From contig CAZKVH010000003.1 of NCBI GenBank assembly GCA_964556165.1, forward strand, positions 16,270-80,269: a stretch of DNA of 64,000 bases, written 5' to 3'. Below are positions 16,408 to 24,994 of the stretch, piece by piece. Position numbers and translations under genes: made by a program. The stretch comes from an uncultured Actinomycetota bacterium. Lineage in GTDB: Bacteria; Actinomycetota; Humimicrobiia; Humimicrobiales; Humimicrobiaceae. The notes below the pieces were generated by a model. It saw nothing but the letters and a program-made list of their open reading frames with translations, made no database searches and had not been told where the DNA came from. Position 1 is the stretch's first letter, and every line of letters begins with the position of its first letter.

Positions 16408-18774
16408 TTATTTAGTTTCGTATAGTATCTGATAGAAGTAATAATTTCCCATTACCTTTTTTATATATTCTCTTGATTGCTCGTATGATATGCTTTCTAT
16501 AAATTCGTCAATATCCATATTGCCCCTGCTGGAAACCCAGCCGCTCATTCTTCCCGGACCGCCATTATATGCCCCGAGGCAGTAGAACTTATTCTGGCCG
16601 AAATTGTCCAGTTGTTGCCTCAGGTAGAATGTTCCCATTTTTACATTTACTTCCGGGTCGATTAGCATATTGATATCGAAATCCGACATACCTATCTGTC
16701 TGGCTATACCTTCTCCCGTTGAAGGCATAATCTGCATAAGTCCCTGGGCTCCCGCATAAGAAACTGCGTCGGATCTAAAATTGCTTTCCTGCCTGATTAC
16801 AGCCAGGGTAAAAAGCGGGTCTATGTTATAATAACTGCTGTATTTTTGAACCTGTTCTTTATAGGCGTAGGGATAGTAAAGGTAATAAAGGTAATCGGTA
16901 TGGGTTTCATCAAGTTCCGATTTTAATTTTTTAAGATTTTTACCAATTATATTAATGGAGTTTGAGTAACTTCTGGATTTTAAATAAAGAGTGGCAATCT
17001 CCAGGATTTTAATTGGATTCTCCTCAATTTCATTACTGGATGCTTCTATCTCCAGAGATGCACTATTGAAAAATTCCAGTTTTAAAAGTTCGATGGCTTT
17101 ATTTATGTGATTTGAACCGCCTGTTTCCCCGTTGCTTTCTGTGATTGTTCTGCTATCATCATTTTCGCCCGCCAGTATGGAGTATATGTCCGGAATAGTT
17201 TCTTTAATTGAGGGGTTCTCGGGGTTTAGCTCATTATTTATCCCTTTGACCTGTGCCTGTATTCCCATCTGCTCAAGCATTTCAACAGCAGCAAAGGTGT
17301 AATAAGAGTAATAATTTAAATTTATAATTTTCTGATATAATTCTGAAGCTAAATTGTTATCTCCAAGTTTCTGGCAGCACTTTGCCTGCCAGAACAACCC
17401 TTTTTCCTCAAGTGAAGTTCCTCTGTATGAATATGCGTAACTGGAAAATGTACTTTTTGCAGAGCCGTAATCATTTGACCTGTACTGTATTAAGCCAAGT
17501 TCCCATAATGCATCAGGCCTTTTATCGCCGGAGGGGTAATTTGAAGCCACTCTTTTAAAATAAATAGCAGCATTTTCAAAATCGCTCCTTAAAGAGTATA
17601 TCCTGCCGATTCTGTAAAGCGCGTCATCGCTGAAATTGCTGTTTGGGAAAAGTTCTGCAAGTTTATTGTAATATGAGATTGCTTCATCACCTCTATCAAG
17701 ACTGGTAAGAGCCATTCCGGTATAATATAGAGAGTCGTCTGCTAGAGAGCCTGAAGGGTTTTTTTCATAAGCTGATTTTATATAATCTAATGCCGTGTTA
17801 TAGTCACGGAGTCTGAAGTAGCACATGCCTGATTTAAAAAGAGTTTTGATATGAAGTTCAGCCGGCAGGTTACTTAAGTAGTCCTTTAGTATTCTGTTAA
17901 ATTCATCAAGTGCGCTATCATATAGGTAAGCATTGAAAAAGACTTCTCCTCTGTTATAAATCTGGTCCGGTGAAGGGATAAATTGACCGGCTGCCCCTTC
18001 TTCATAAAGCCGGTCTAAATTCTCAATAGCGAATTCCGAGTATTCATTAAGCGGGTAACTGAGCCATATTTCTTTGTAATTTTCGTAAGCCATATCTTTT
18101 TTACCGGTTTTTTCCTGACAGAAAGCGAGTTGAAACAGGCAGTATGGCATGTAAGGGGAATCAGAAAAGTTTGTGCAGAATTCTGCGTAACGGTTTTCTG
18201 CAGTAACATAATCTTCCTTTATATAAAATAAATCCGCGTACTCGAGGCTGGCTTTTTCTACCAGGACGCTTTCGGGGTAATTATCTATCAAAGCCGAATA
18301 GTATTCCTCTGCCCTGTCATATTTCTCCTGCATGAGAAGGCTTTTTGCCATATAGTAATAAATGTGGTCCTGCAGGATTAGATAACTATCCTTTATTTTG
18401 TTTAAATAATATTCGGCAGCAAGATAAGACTGATTTTCATAAGATTCTATAGCCTTTTTGAAATATGACCTCATTACCAATATATCTGAATATTCACCCT
18501 GATTGACCGGGGTTACAGTTTCCTGCTCGTCAGAAATATCATTATTTTTAGATGCTTCCTCTTTTTCTTCATTAGCATCTTCGGTTTCACCGGCAATTTC
18601 TTCATTCTCTTCTTCATCTGTACCTTCGGTAAGTATTTCTTCAGTATCTTCACCAGACTTTAATCCAAAGAAATCAAAATTTATTTTGCTGCATGACTGG
18701 GTTATTGAAATCAAAATGAATAAGATGATTGACACTACTACTATTATGATTATGTTTGTTTTTTTATTATTCAT
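16408..18774 (-). CDS. Membrane/lipid-anchored soluble lytic transglycosylase with TPR array (Slt-like)
   Basis: Many TPRs followed by AVIRQESNF, AQGLMQIMPST and GAYNGGPG..FIESI.YEQSREYIKKV. N-terminal hydrophobic helix ending in QSC. Confidence 0.9.
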   Translation of the reverse strand: MNNKKTNIIIIVVVSIILFILISITQSCSKINFDFFGLKSGEDTEEILTEGTDEEENEEIAGETEDANEEKEEASKNNDISDEQETVTPVNQGEYSDILVMRSYFKKAIESYENQSYLAAEYYLNKIKDSYLILQDHIYYYMAKSLLMQEKYDRAEEYYSALIDNYPESVLVEKASLEYADLFYIKEDYVTAENRYAEFCTNFSDSPYMPYCLFQLAFCQEKTGKKDMAYENYKEIWLSYPLNEYSEFAIENLDRLYEEGAAGQFIPSPDQIYNRGEVFFNAYLYDSALDEFNRILKDYLSNLPAELHIKTLFKSGMCYFRLRDYNTALDYIKSAYEKNPSGSLADDSLYYTGMALTSLDRGDEAISYYNKLAELFPNSNFSDDALYRIGRIYSLRSDFENAAIYFKRVASNYPSGDKRPDALWELGLIQYRSNDYGSAKSTFSSYAYSYRGTSLEEKGLFWQAKCCQKLGDNNLASELYQKIINLNYYSYYTFAAVEMLEQMGIQAQVKGINNELNPENPSIKETIPDIYSILAGENDDSRTITESNGETGGSNHINKAIELLKLEFFNSASLEIEASSNEIEENPIKILEIATLYLKSRSYSNSINIIGKNLKKLKSELDETHTDYLYYLYYPYAYKEQVQKYSSYYNIDPLFTLAVIRQESNFRSDAVSYAGAQGLMQIMPSTGEGIARQIGMSDFDINMLIDPEVNVKMGTFYLRQQLDNFGQNKFYCLGAYNGGPGRMSGWVSSRGNMDIDEFIESISYEQSREYIKKVMGNYYFYQILYETK

Positions 18775-18853
18775 AAATTTAAAGGAGAGATTTTATTTTA
18801 GGGAAATTGTACTGTACAAAATTCTTATTGTAAATAAACCTCTTACTTAACTG

Positions 18854-18883
18854 TTAACAATAGAAAAAAATAAGTAGTATAAT
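18854..18883 (+). promoter_or_regulatory. Putative sigma70 promoter for the patatin gene
   Basis: TTAACA - 18 nt - TATAAT in the divergent intergenic region. Confidence 0.35.
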
Positions 18884-18987
18884 TATTATCAAATTGGTTT
18901 TAAGCAGTATTGAAATCTACTGAAAAGTTCTCATGTTTGTCGTATTTATTTAAAAGATCTTCTGGTCTCGGAAGGGAGTGCTGGTAT

Positions 18988-19935
18988 TTGATATTTTTCA
19001 GGAAAAAGAGAAGAGTTGGCATTGCACTGAGTGGCGGAGCGGCAAGAGCGCTATCACATATCGGTGTTTTAGAGGTTCTGGAGGGGCTTGGAGTTAAACC
19101 GCAGGCAATAGCCGGCACGAGTATGGGTGCTATTATTGGTTCTTTCTATTGTTCCGGTATAACTCTGGAAGAAATGAAATCATATATTAAGTCAATGAAC
19201 TGGAGAAGCTTCATGCTTTTTTCTGATCTCGCATTGTCAAAGACAGGCATTATAAACGGGCGAAGGATAGAGGATGAGTTGAGAAAATTTCTCGGAAATA
19301 AAACTTTTAACGACTGCAAAATTCCATTTTGTTGTGTTGCGGTAGATTTAATAAAAAGAAGAAAAGTAGTTTTATCCGAGGGCAACCTGGTCGAAGCGGT
19401 TAGAGCATCAATATCAATACCGGGGTTTATTTCGGCAGCATATATTAATAACCAGTTGCTTGTGGATGGTGGAATAATAGAGCCGCTTCCTACGGAATCC
19501 GTAAAAGAAATGGATGTAAATTTCATTATAGCTTCGTCAATAAAATTTTTAAGGGACAGTGAGAAATATGACCGTCTTCTTGATAGAGATGAAAACGTCA
19601 TCGGTACAGGGAAGAAGGAATATTTAAAAGAATCAGATAATGGTGTCGAAAAGAGAAAAGGCAGGATTTTTGGGATTAAAAATAAGAAATTAGATGGGTC
19701 AGATAGTAATATTTACGAAAGACTTTCAGTAAATAAAATTATTGATACCAGTTTTGGTATCATGCACCAGGAAATGGTTAAAAACTACTTTAAGGCAGCA
19801 GATGTAGTGGTGGAGCCCGAAGTGGGGGATTTCGGATTTTTTGATGTAATGCGAGGCAGCCAGATTATACAGAGGGGCGTGGAAGCTACAGAGAGAAAAA
19901 TACCCGAGATTAAAAGAAAACTACATATTAAATAG
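18988..19935 (+). CDS. Patatin-like phospholipase (RssA family)
   Basis: ALSGGAARA, GTSMG (catalytic Ser) and VDGG (catalytic Asp). Start placed at TTG 18988 behind an AAGGGAG RBS; the ORF track starts at 18910. Confidence 0.9.
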   Translation: MIFFRKKRRVGIALSGGAARALSHIGVLEVLEGLGVKPQAIAGTSMGAIIGSFYCSGITLEEMKSYIKSMNWRSFMLFSDLALSKTGIINGRRIEDELRKFLGNKTFNDCKIPFCCVAVDLIKRRKVVLSEGNLVEAVRASISIPGFISAAYINNQLLVDGGIIEPLPTESVKEMDVNFIIASSIKFLRDSEKYDRLLDRDENVIGTGKKEYLKESDNGVEKRKGRIFGIKNKKLDGSDSNIYERLSVNKIIDTSFGIMHQEMVKNYFKAADVVVEPEVGDFGFFDVMRGSQIIQRGVEATERKIPEIKRKLHIK

Positions 19936-19967
19936 AATTATTAAGATTCTTATTTACCTCTCAGGGC

Positions 19968-21176
19968 TCAGTAAACAATATTAACCTTTATTTTATTTAG
20001 CAGCTCATCAGCAGCATTCATGGTTTTTTCATATGAATTACCTTTAATCGCAATACATGCTATACGGTCGGTATCGCTATCAGGAGGGCCTACTATTTCT
20101 CCCAGTTCTTTAAATTGATAGAAGGTAAAATCTTTATGCCCTTCTGGAATCTCGATTCTGTACATACAGCCTTTATCAGGGGCTGTTAAAAACCTGCTTG
20201 CTGCAAATTTCCCGTTCCATTTTTTGTTTAATTCGGGTTTTTCTCCCATAGCCATCTGTATTACTGATTTTATCATATCAATCCCGAGCAGATTTGGTAC
20301 AAAATCAAATATGACAGGTCCGCTGGCAAGTCTTGGCCCAACATCAATAACTCTTGGTATGCCGTCTTTACCAACTATCATATCAATATGTGCAGCCCCT
20401 GTATTTAACCCGAGAACATCTGAAACTTTTTTTGCATTATCTTTTACTCTGTCTTTTATCTCTTCAGGGAACCTTGATGGTGCCGTTAATCCCACGGTCA
20501 CACATTTGGGAGGGGGAGTATTATATTTATCTGTTAAAATAATGGGTTCCAACTCACCACCTACTATAAGGCATTCTGCACCGATAGTGGGTCCTTCTAC
20601 CCATTCTTCAACAATTATGCTGTTCCCAATCGAAGAATCCATTGCCTGTGTAACGCTATCTTTAAAATCTTTCTCTGAAGAAGCAACGGATATGCCTCTT
20701 CCTTTAGTCCCATCGACAGGTTTTACTATTAAAGGAAAATCTATCTGTCCGATTTTATTCATAGCATATTCAATTGATGAAGCACTGAACCCTTCGGGAA
20801 CCGGTACGCCTCCTTTTTTTAAATATTCCTTAATTTCCTTTTTATCTGTTGCTATCTGTGCTGCTTTTAACGGTATTGATATTAAATTCATTTTATCCGC
20901 TACATATGCAACAGTCCGCATCCCGAGATTGCTTACCATGGTTGTTATCCCATCTATGTTCTTTTTCCTTGCAATCTCAAGTATCCTGTCGTATTCAAGG
21001 ACGTCCAGTACATAATTCTCGTCAGCTATGAAAAATCCGGGAGCATTTCTGTCACTGTCAACTGCAATGACTTCGAGACCGAGAGCTTTGGCTGCTTTTA
21101 TCATGGCTACCTGGTCAAATCCTGCGCCCAGAATCATAATGCATCTGGAATCCTTTTTTTTGTTATTGGTGCTCAT
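19968..21176 (-). CDS. ATP-grasp domain protein (carboxylate-amine ligase)
   Basis: ILGAGFDQ, IVKPVDGTKGRGI, IVEEWVEG and VIDVGPRLASG motifs. Start uncertain between 21137 and 21215. Confidence 0.85.
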   Translation of the reverse strand: MSTNNKKKDSRCIMILGAGFDQVAMIKAAKALGLEVIAVDSDRNAPGFFIADENYVLDVLEYDRILEIARKKNIDGITTMVSNLGMRTVAYVADKMNLISIPLKAAQIATDKKEIKEYLKKGGVPVPEGFSASSIEYAMNKIGQIDFPLIVKPVDGTKGRGISVASSEKDFKDSVTQAMDSSIGNSIIVEEWVEGPTIGAECLIVGGELEPIILTDKYNTPPPKCVTVGLTAPSRFPEEIKDRVKDNAKKVSDVLGLNTGAAHIDMIVGKDGIPRVIDVGPRLASGPVIFDFVPNLLGIDMIKSVIQMAMGEKPELNKKWNGKFAASRFLTAPDKGCMYRIEIPEGHKDFTFYQFKELGEIVGPPDSDTDRIACIAIKGNSYEKTMNAADELLNKIKVNIVY

Positions 21177-21318
21177 TTTTTTGTTCCTAACCTTAGTTGG
21201 CAAAATTTCTGGCAATATTTATTGAAACTAACTTTCTCTTGCAGCTTAAAATAAATATATGGCTTTTTATAGTATAACAGACTGGATTAATTATGTTAAA
21301 AAATTGTTAACATAATAT

Positions 21319-22191
21319 TTAAGTATCTTTTTCGAATTCTATGGAAAAATCTACTGCCGGGGCGGAGTGGGTAATAAGTCCCACCGAAGCGATATCGATT
21401 CCTGTTTTACATATTTGTTCAAGGTTATCAAGATTTATATTGCCCGAAGCCTCGACCAGGAATTTTTTATCTTTTTTTTCTCTTATTATTTTTATTGCTT
21501 TTTTCATCCGGTCTATTTTCATATTATCAAGCATTATAATATCTGCTTTACCGGTTATTGCCTCATCGAGCTGGTTAAAGTCCCTGACCTCTACTTCGAT
21601 TTCTAAATTGGATGGGGAATTTGCCCTGACTTTTTCTATAGCTCTTAAAATCCCTCCTGCAGCTATTATATGGTTATCTTTTATAAGTATGCCGTCAAAC
21701 AGGCCAAAACGATGGTTGTATCCTCCACCACATTGAACAGCATATTTTTCGATTTTACGCAGGAGCGGCTTTGTTTTTCTGGTGTCTTTGATTTGTACAC
21801 CGTAAGGTTTTGCTATTTCTACAAATTTGCTGGTAAGAGTTGCGATTCCCGACATATGCTGGATGAAATTAAGGCAAATTCTCTCTGCTTTCAAAATCGA
21901 TAGAGTAGGTCCGCTTATATTGCAGATTCTATCCATATAGTTAAGAGAATCACCATCATCTTTAAACCATTCAACTTTTATATTGTCGTCGATTTCTTCA
22001 ACCACGAAGTTTAGAATATCAGCACCGCTTAGAATTGCACCATTTTTTTCTTTGCACACTACATATGAAAACGAATTCTTATAAGGAGGAATTAAATAAT
22101 CCGAGGTAATATCTCCAAGGCCGTTTAGCTCTTCGGATATAGCTCCGTGTATTAAATCTATAACATCATTTTTTAAAATTTTATATTTCAT
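21319..22191 (-). CDS. nadC: Nicotinate-nucleotide diphosphorylase (quinolinate phosphoribosyltransferase)
   Basis: GDITS, AERICLNF, DTRKT, NHRFGL, LIKDNH, EVEV, IMLDNM and EASGNI motifs. Confidence 0.96.
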   Translation of the reverse strand: MKYKILKNDVIDLIHGAISEELNGLGDITSDYLIPPYKNSFSYVVCKEKNGAILSGADILNFVVEEIDDNIKVEWFKDDGDSLNYMDRICNISGPTLSILKAERICLNFIQHMSGIATLTSKFVEIAKPYGVQIKDTRKTKPLLRKIEKYAVQCGGGYNHRFGLFDGILIKDNHIIAAGGILRAIEKVRANSPSNLEIEVEVRDFNQLDEAITGKADIIMLDNMKIDRMKKAIKIIREKKDKKFLVEASGNINLDNLEQICKTGIDIASVGLITHSAPAVDFSIEFEKDT

Positions 22192-22208
22192 TTCCGGTCG
22201 CTAAATTT

Positions 22209-23867
22209 CTAAGCATCTTCAATGTATACTTTTTTTTGTTTTAGTATTATATGCTTTTTCCAGTTTATGTCATCTTTTTTTGGAAAATCTTTTCTCTGGT
22301 GCGTCCCTCTGCTTTCTTTTCTTATGCCTGCTGACTTGATTATAAGACCTGCTACTGTAAGCATATTTACTAATTCAAGGGTTTTTTTATCTTTTATATT
22401 ATTAAAATTCAGGCTCATGATATAACTATTGACAATTTTACCTGCTTCTTCCAGGCTTACTTCGTCTCTGGGTATACCGACTTTTTCAGTCATTGTGTTT
22501 TTTAATTTAACAATGAGATTGTCTACTTCATCATTGATATTACCTGGCCCTTCCGGCTCTGTTTTTTTCCTTTTAGCTTCCTTTAAGATTTTATCGATGT
22601 ATTCGTTAACTTTGCTTTCGCCCCCACTTTTTTCTGGATGTAGTTTTTTTTCTATATCCTGATAAATCTTCCACCCATATACCGCACCCTCTATAAGTGA
22701 ATTACTGGCAAGCCGGTTTGCGCCGTGGGCTCCTGTTGCCGCTGATTCTCCACAGCTGTAAAGACCTTTTACGTTCGTTTCACCATTATAGTCGGTTTCA
22801 ATTCCGCCGTTTATATAGTGCTCGGCAGGTGATACTTCAATAAGGTCTTTTTTTAGATTGAGACCATTTTCCTTTAATTTTAAGGTTATATTAGGAAAGC
22901 GTTTTTTTAAAAGACTTTCCGGTATATGTCTTGCATCAAGATAGACATGGTCGGTACGACATTCGTCCATAACTCTTATTATTTCTTTTACAACAATATC
23001 TCTCGGAGCAAGTTCTGCTTTAGGGTGTTTCCCTACCATAAATCTCTTTCCATTGCAGTCTTCTAGATACGCACCTTCTCCTCTGATAGCTTCTGTCATC
23101 AGGAATAATCTGAAATCTTTTGTCTTAAATACTGTAGGATGGAACTGGATAAATTCTATGTCTTTTATTCTGGCTCCTGCCCTGTATGCCATAGCGATAC
23201 CATCGCCTGTTGATATGGGAGGGTTCGTAGAAAAAGCATAAATCTGGCCTATTCCGCCGGTTGCAATAACTACACTGGAAGCCGGGTATATTTCGATAAC
23301 ACCTGTTTTTAAATCCATTGCCGTAATACCGGCGCAATTACTTTTATAAACAAGAATATCAAGGGCAAAATGCCCGGATAAAAAATCTATATTTCTCAAG
23401 TCTTTTGAATAAGAAACTATTTTTTTCTCAAGTTCTTCTCCAGTAGCATCTCCTCCAGCATGGAGAACACGGGGGAAGCTGTGGCCACCTTCAGTAGTGA
23501 AAGTTATTTCTCCTCTTGAAGTGTCAAAATTAATGCCCATGTTTATAAGGTCCTCTATAATTTTAGGTGCGTTTCTGGTAAGTATTTTTACGGCATTACT
23601 GTCGCATAAGCCCTGGCCGGCAATCATAGTATCGCGATAATGATTTTTCCATATATCTGGAGCTTTAAGAGCAGCCGCAATACCTCCCTGCGCATAACGG
23701 GTTGTTGACTCGGAGATGGAACTTTTGGTGATGACTTTTATGGTACCTTTTTTTGCAAGCCTCACAGCAGTTGAAAGACCGGCAATTCCACTACCTATAA
23801 TTATACAATCAGAATAATTATGGATTTTTTGGTAAAGTGATGGGTTTATTAAATATCTCGGTAACAT
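22209..23867 (-). CDS. nadB: L-aspartate oxidase
   Basis: IIGSGIAG, YAQGGIAA, EGGHSFPRVLH, FIQFHPT, TEAIRGEG, ELAPRDIV and HGANRLASNSL motifs; lies between nadA and nadC. Confidence 0.95.
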   Translation of the reverse strand: MLPRYLINPSLYQKIHNYSDCIIIGSGIAGLSTAVRLAKKGTIKVITKSSISESTTRYAQGGIAAALKAPDIWKNHYRDTMIAGQGLCDSNAVKILTRNAPKIIEDLINMGINFDTSRGEITFTTEGGHSFPRVLHAGGDATGEELEKKIVSYSKDLRNIDFLSGHFALDILVYKSNCAGITAMDLKTGVIEIYPASSVVIATGGIGQIYAFSTNPPISTGDGIAMAYRAGARIKDIEFIQFHPTVFKTKDFRLFLMTEAIRGEGAYLEDCNGKRFMVGKHPKAELAPRDIVVKEIIRVMDECRTDHVYLDARHIPESLLKKRFPNITLKLKENGLNLKKDLIEVSPAEHYINGGIETDYNGETNVKGLYSCGESAATGAHGANRLASNSLIEGAVYGWKIYQDIEKKLHPEKSGGESKVNEYIDKILKEAKRKKTEPEGPGNINDEVDNLIVKLKNTMTEKVGIPRDEVSLEEAGKIVNSYIMSLNFNNIKDKKTLELVNMLTVAGLIIKSAGIRKESRGTHQRKDFPKKDDINWKKHIILKQKKVYIEDA

Positions 23868-23869
23868 TC

Positions 23870-24784
23870 TTATTTTATGGCCATCATTTTGTTGATAGCT
23901 AATTTCGCCTTTCTGATTACGTCTTCTTCTATTATTATTTCATATTTTTCATCTATAAGGGCCCACATTATTTTTTCCAGGTTTATAAGCTTCATGTCGG
24001 GACATATGGCCTTACTGGTTGCAGGGTAGAAGTTTTTGTCAGGGTTTTCCTTTTTTAATCTGTGTATTATATCTATCTCTGTACCAATTATAAAATTCTT
24101 TTTTTTGTTTTTTCTGGCATATTTCAACATTCCTCCTGTTGAGGCAACTTTATCTGCAATATCTATTACATCAGGAGTGCATTCCGGGTGAACCATAACG
24201 ACGGCGTCAGGATAATCTTTTTTAAGGTTGATGATATCTTTTACGGTTATCAAAATATGAGTTGGGCAGTATCCATTCCACAATATAAGCTCCCTGCCTG
24301 TCTGGCTCTGCACATAGCTTCCCAGATATTTGTCCGGTATGAAAATTATTTTTTTATTTTTAGGTATGGATTCGACTACCCTTACTGCGTTTGCAGATGT
24401 GCAGCAAATATCGCTCAGGGCTTTGACTTCTGCGGTTGAGTTAACATAGCAAACTACGATTGCGCCTGGGTTCTTATCCCTTAATTTTTTAAGTTGATTT
24501 GCAGTTATCATGTCAGCCATAGGGCATCCACTATTTTCATCGGGGAGAAGAACTTTTTTTTCGGGGGATAAAATTTTAGCAGTTTCAGCCATAAACTGAA
24601 CCCCGCAGAAGACTATAATTTTCTTTCGTGTTTTTGAAGCCTCATAACTTAATTGAAAAGAATCACCAACGAAATCTGCAATATCCTGGACCTCCCCAAT
24701 CTGGTAGTTATGAGACAGTATAATTGCATCCTTTTCTGCTTTGAGTTTGAGTATATTATTTATAACTTCTATATTTGATTTCAT
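23870..24784 (-). CDS. nadA: Quinolinate synthase
   Basis: ILSHNYQ, GDSFQL, VFCGVQFMAE, GCPMA, YVNS, CPTH, HPEC and ICPDM motifs. Confidence 0.96.
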   Translation of the reverse strand: MKSNIEVINNILKLKAEKDAIILSHNYQIGEVQDIADFVGDSFQLSYEASKTRKKIIVFCGVQFMAETAKILSPEKKVLLPDENSGCPMADMITANQLKKLRDKNPGAIVVCYVNSTAEVKALSDICCTSANAVRVVESIPKNKKIIFIPDKYLGSYVQSQTGRELILWNGYCPTHILITVKDIINLKKDYPDAVVMVHPECTPDVIDIADKVASTGGMLKYARKNKKKNFIIGTEIDIIHRLKKENPDKNFYPATSKAICPDMKLINLEKIMWALIDEKYEIIIEEDVIRKAKLAINKMMAIK

Positions 24785-24857
24785 ATTTTTTCCTGTACAA
24801 CAGAATTACTTGTGTTATTGTAAAACAACATCTATAAAATTAAAATAAGTACTTTAC

Positions 24858-24875
24858 TTATCTGCCGGCAGATAA
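24858..24875. repeat. Perfect 18-bp palindrome TTATCTGCCGGCAGATAA in the nadA/topA divergent intergenic region
   Basis: Read directly from the sequence; it is its own reverse complement. Confidence 0.9.
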
Positions 24876-24994
24876 ACTGAGAGATTAATAAATATACCAT
24901 ACAGGAGATTTATTTATTTTTTTTTTAATGTTATCATTTCAAATTCAGGCTAATTTAAACTTTGAGAAATAACTTTTTTGATGGTGGTATTAAT

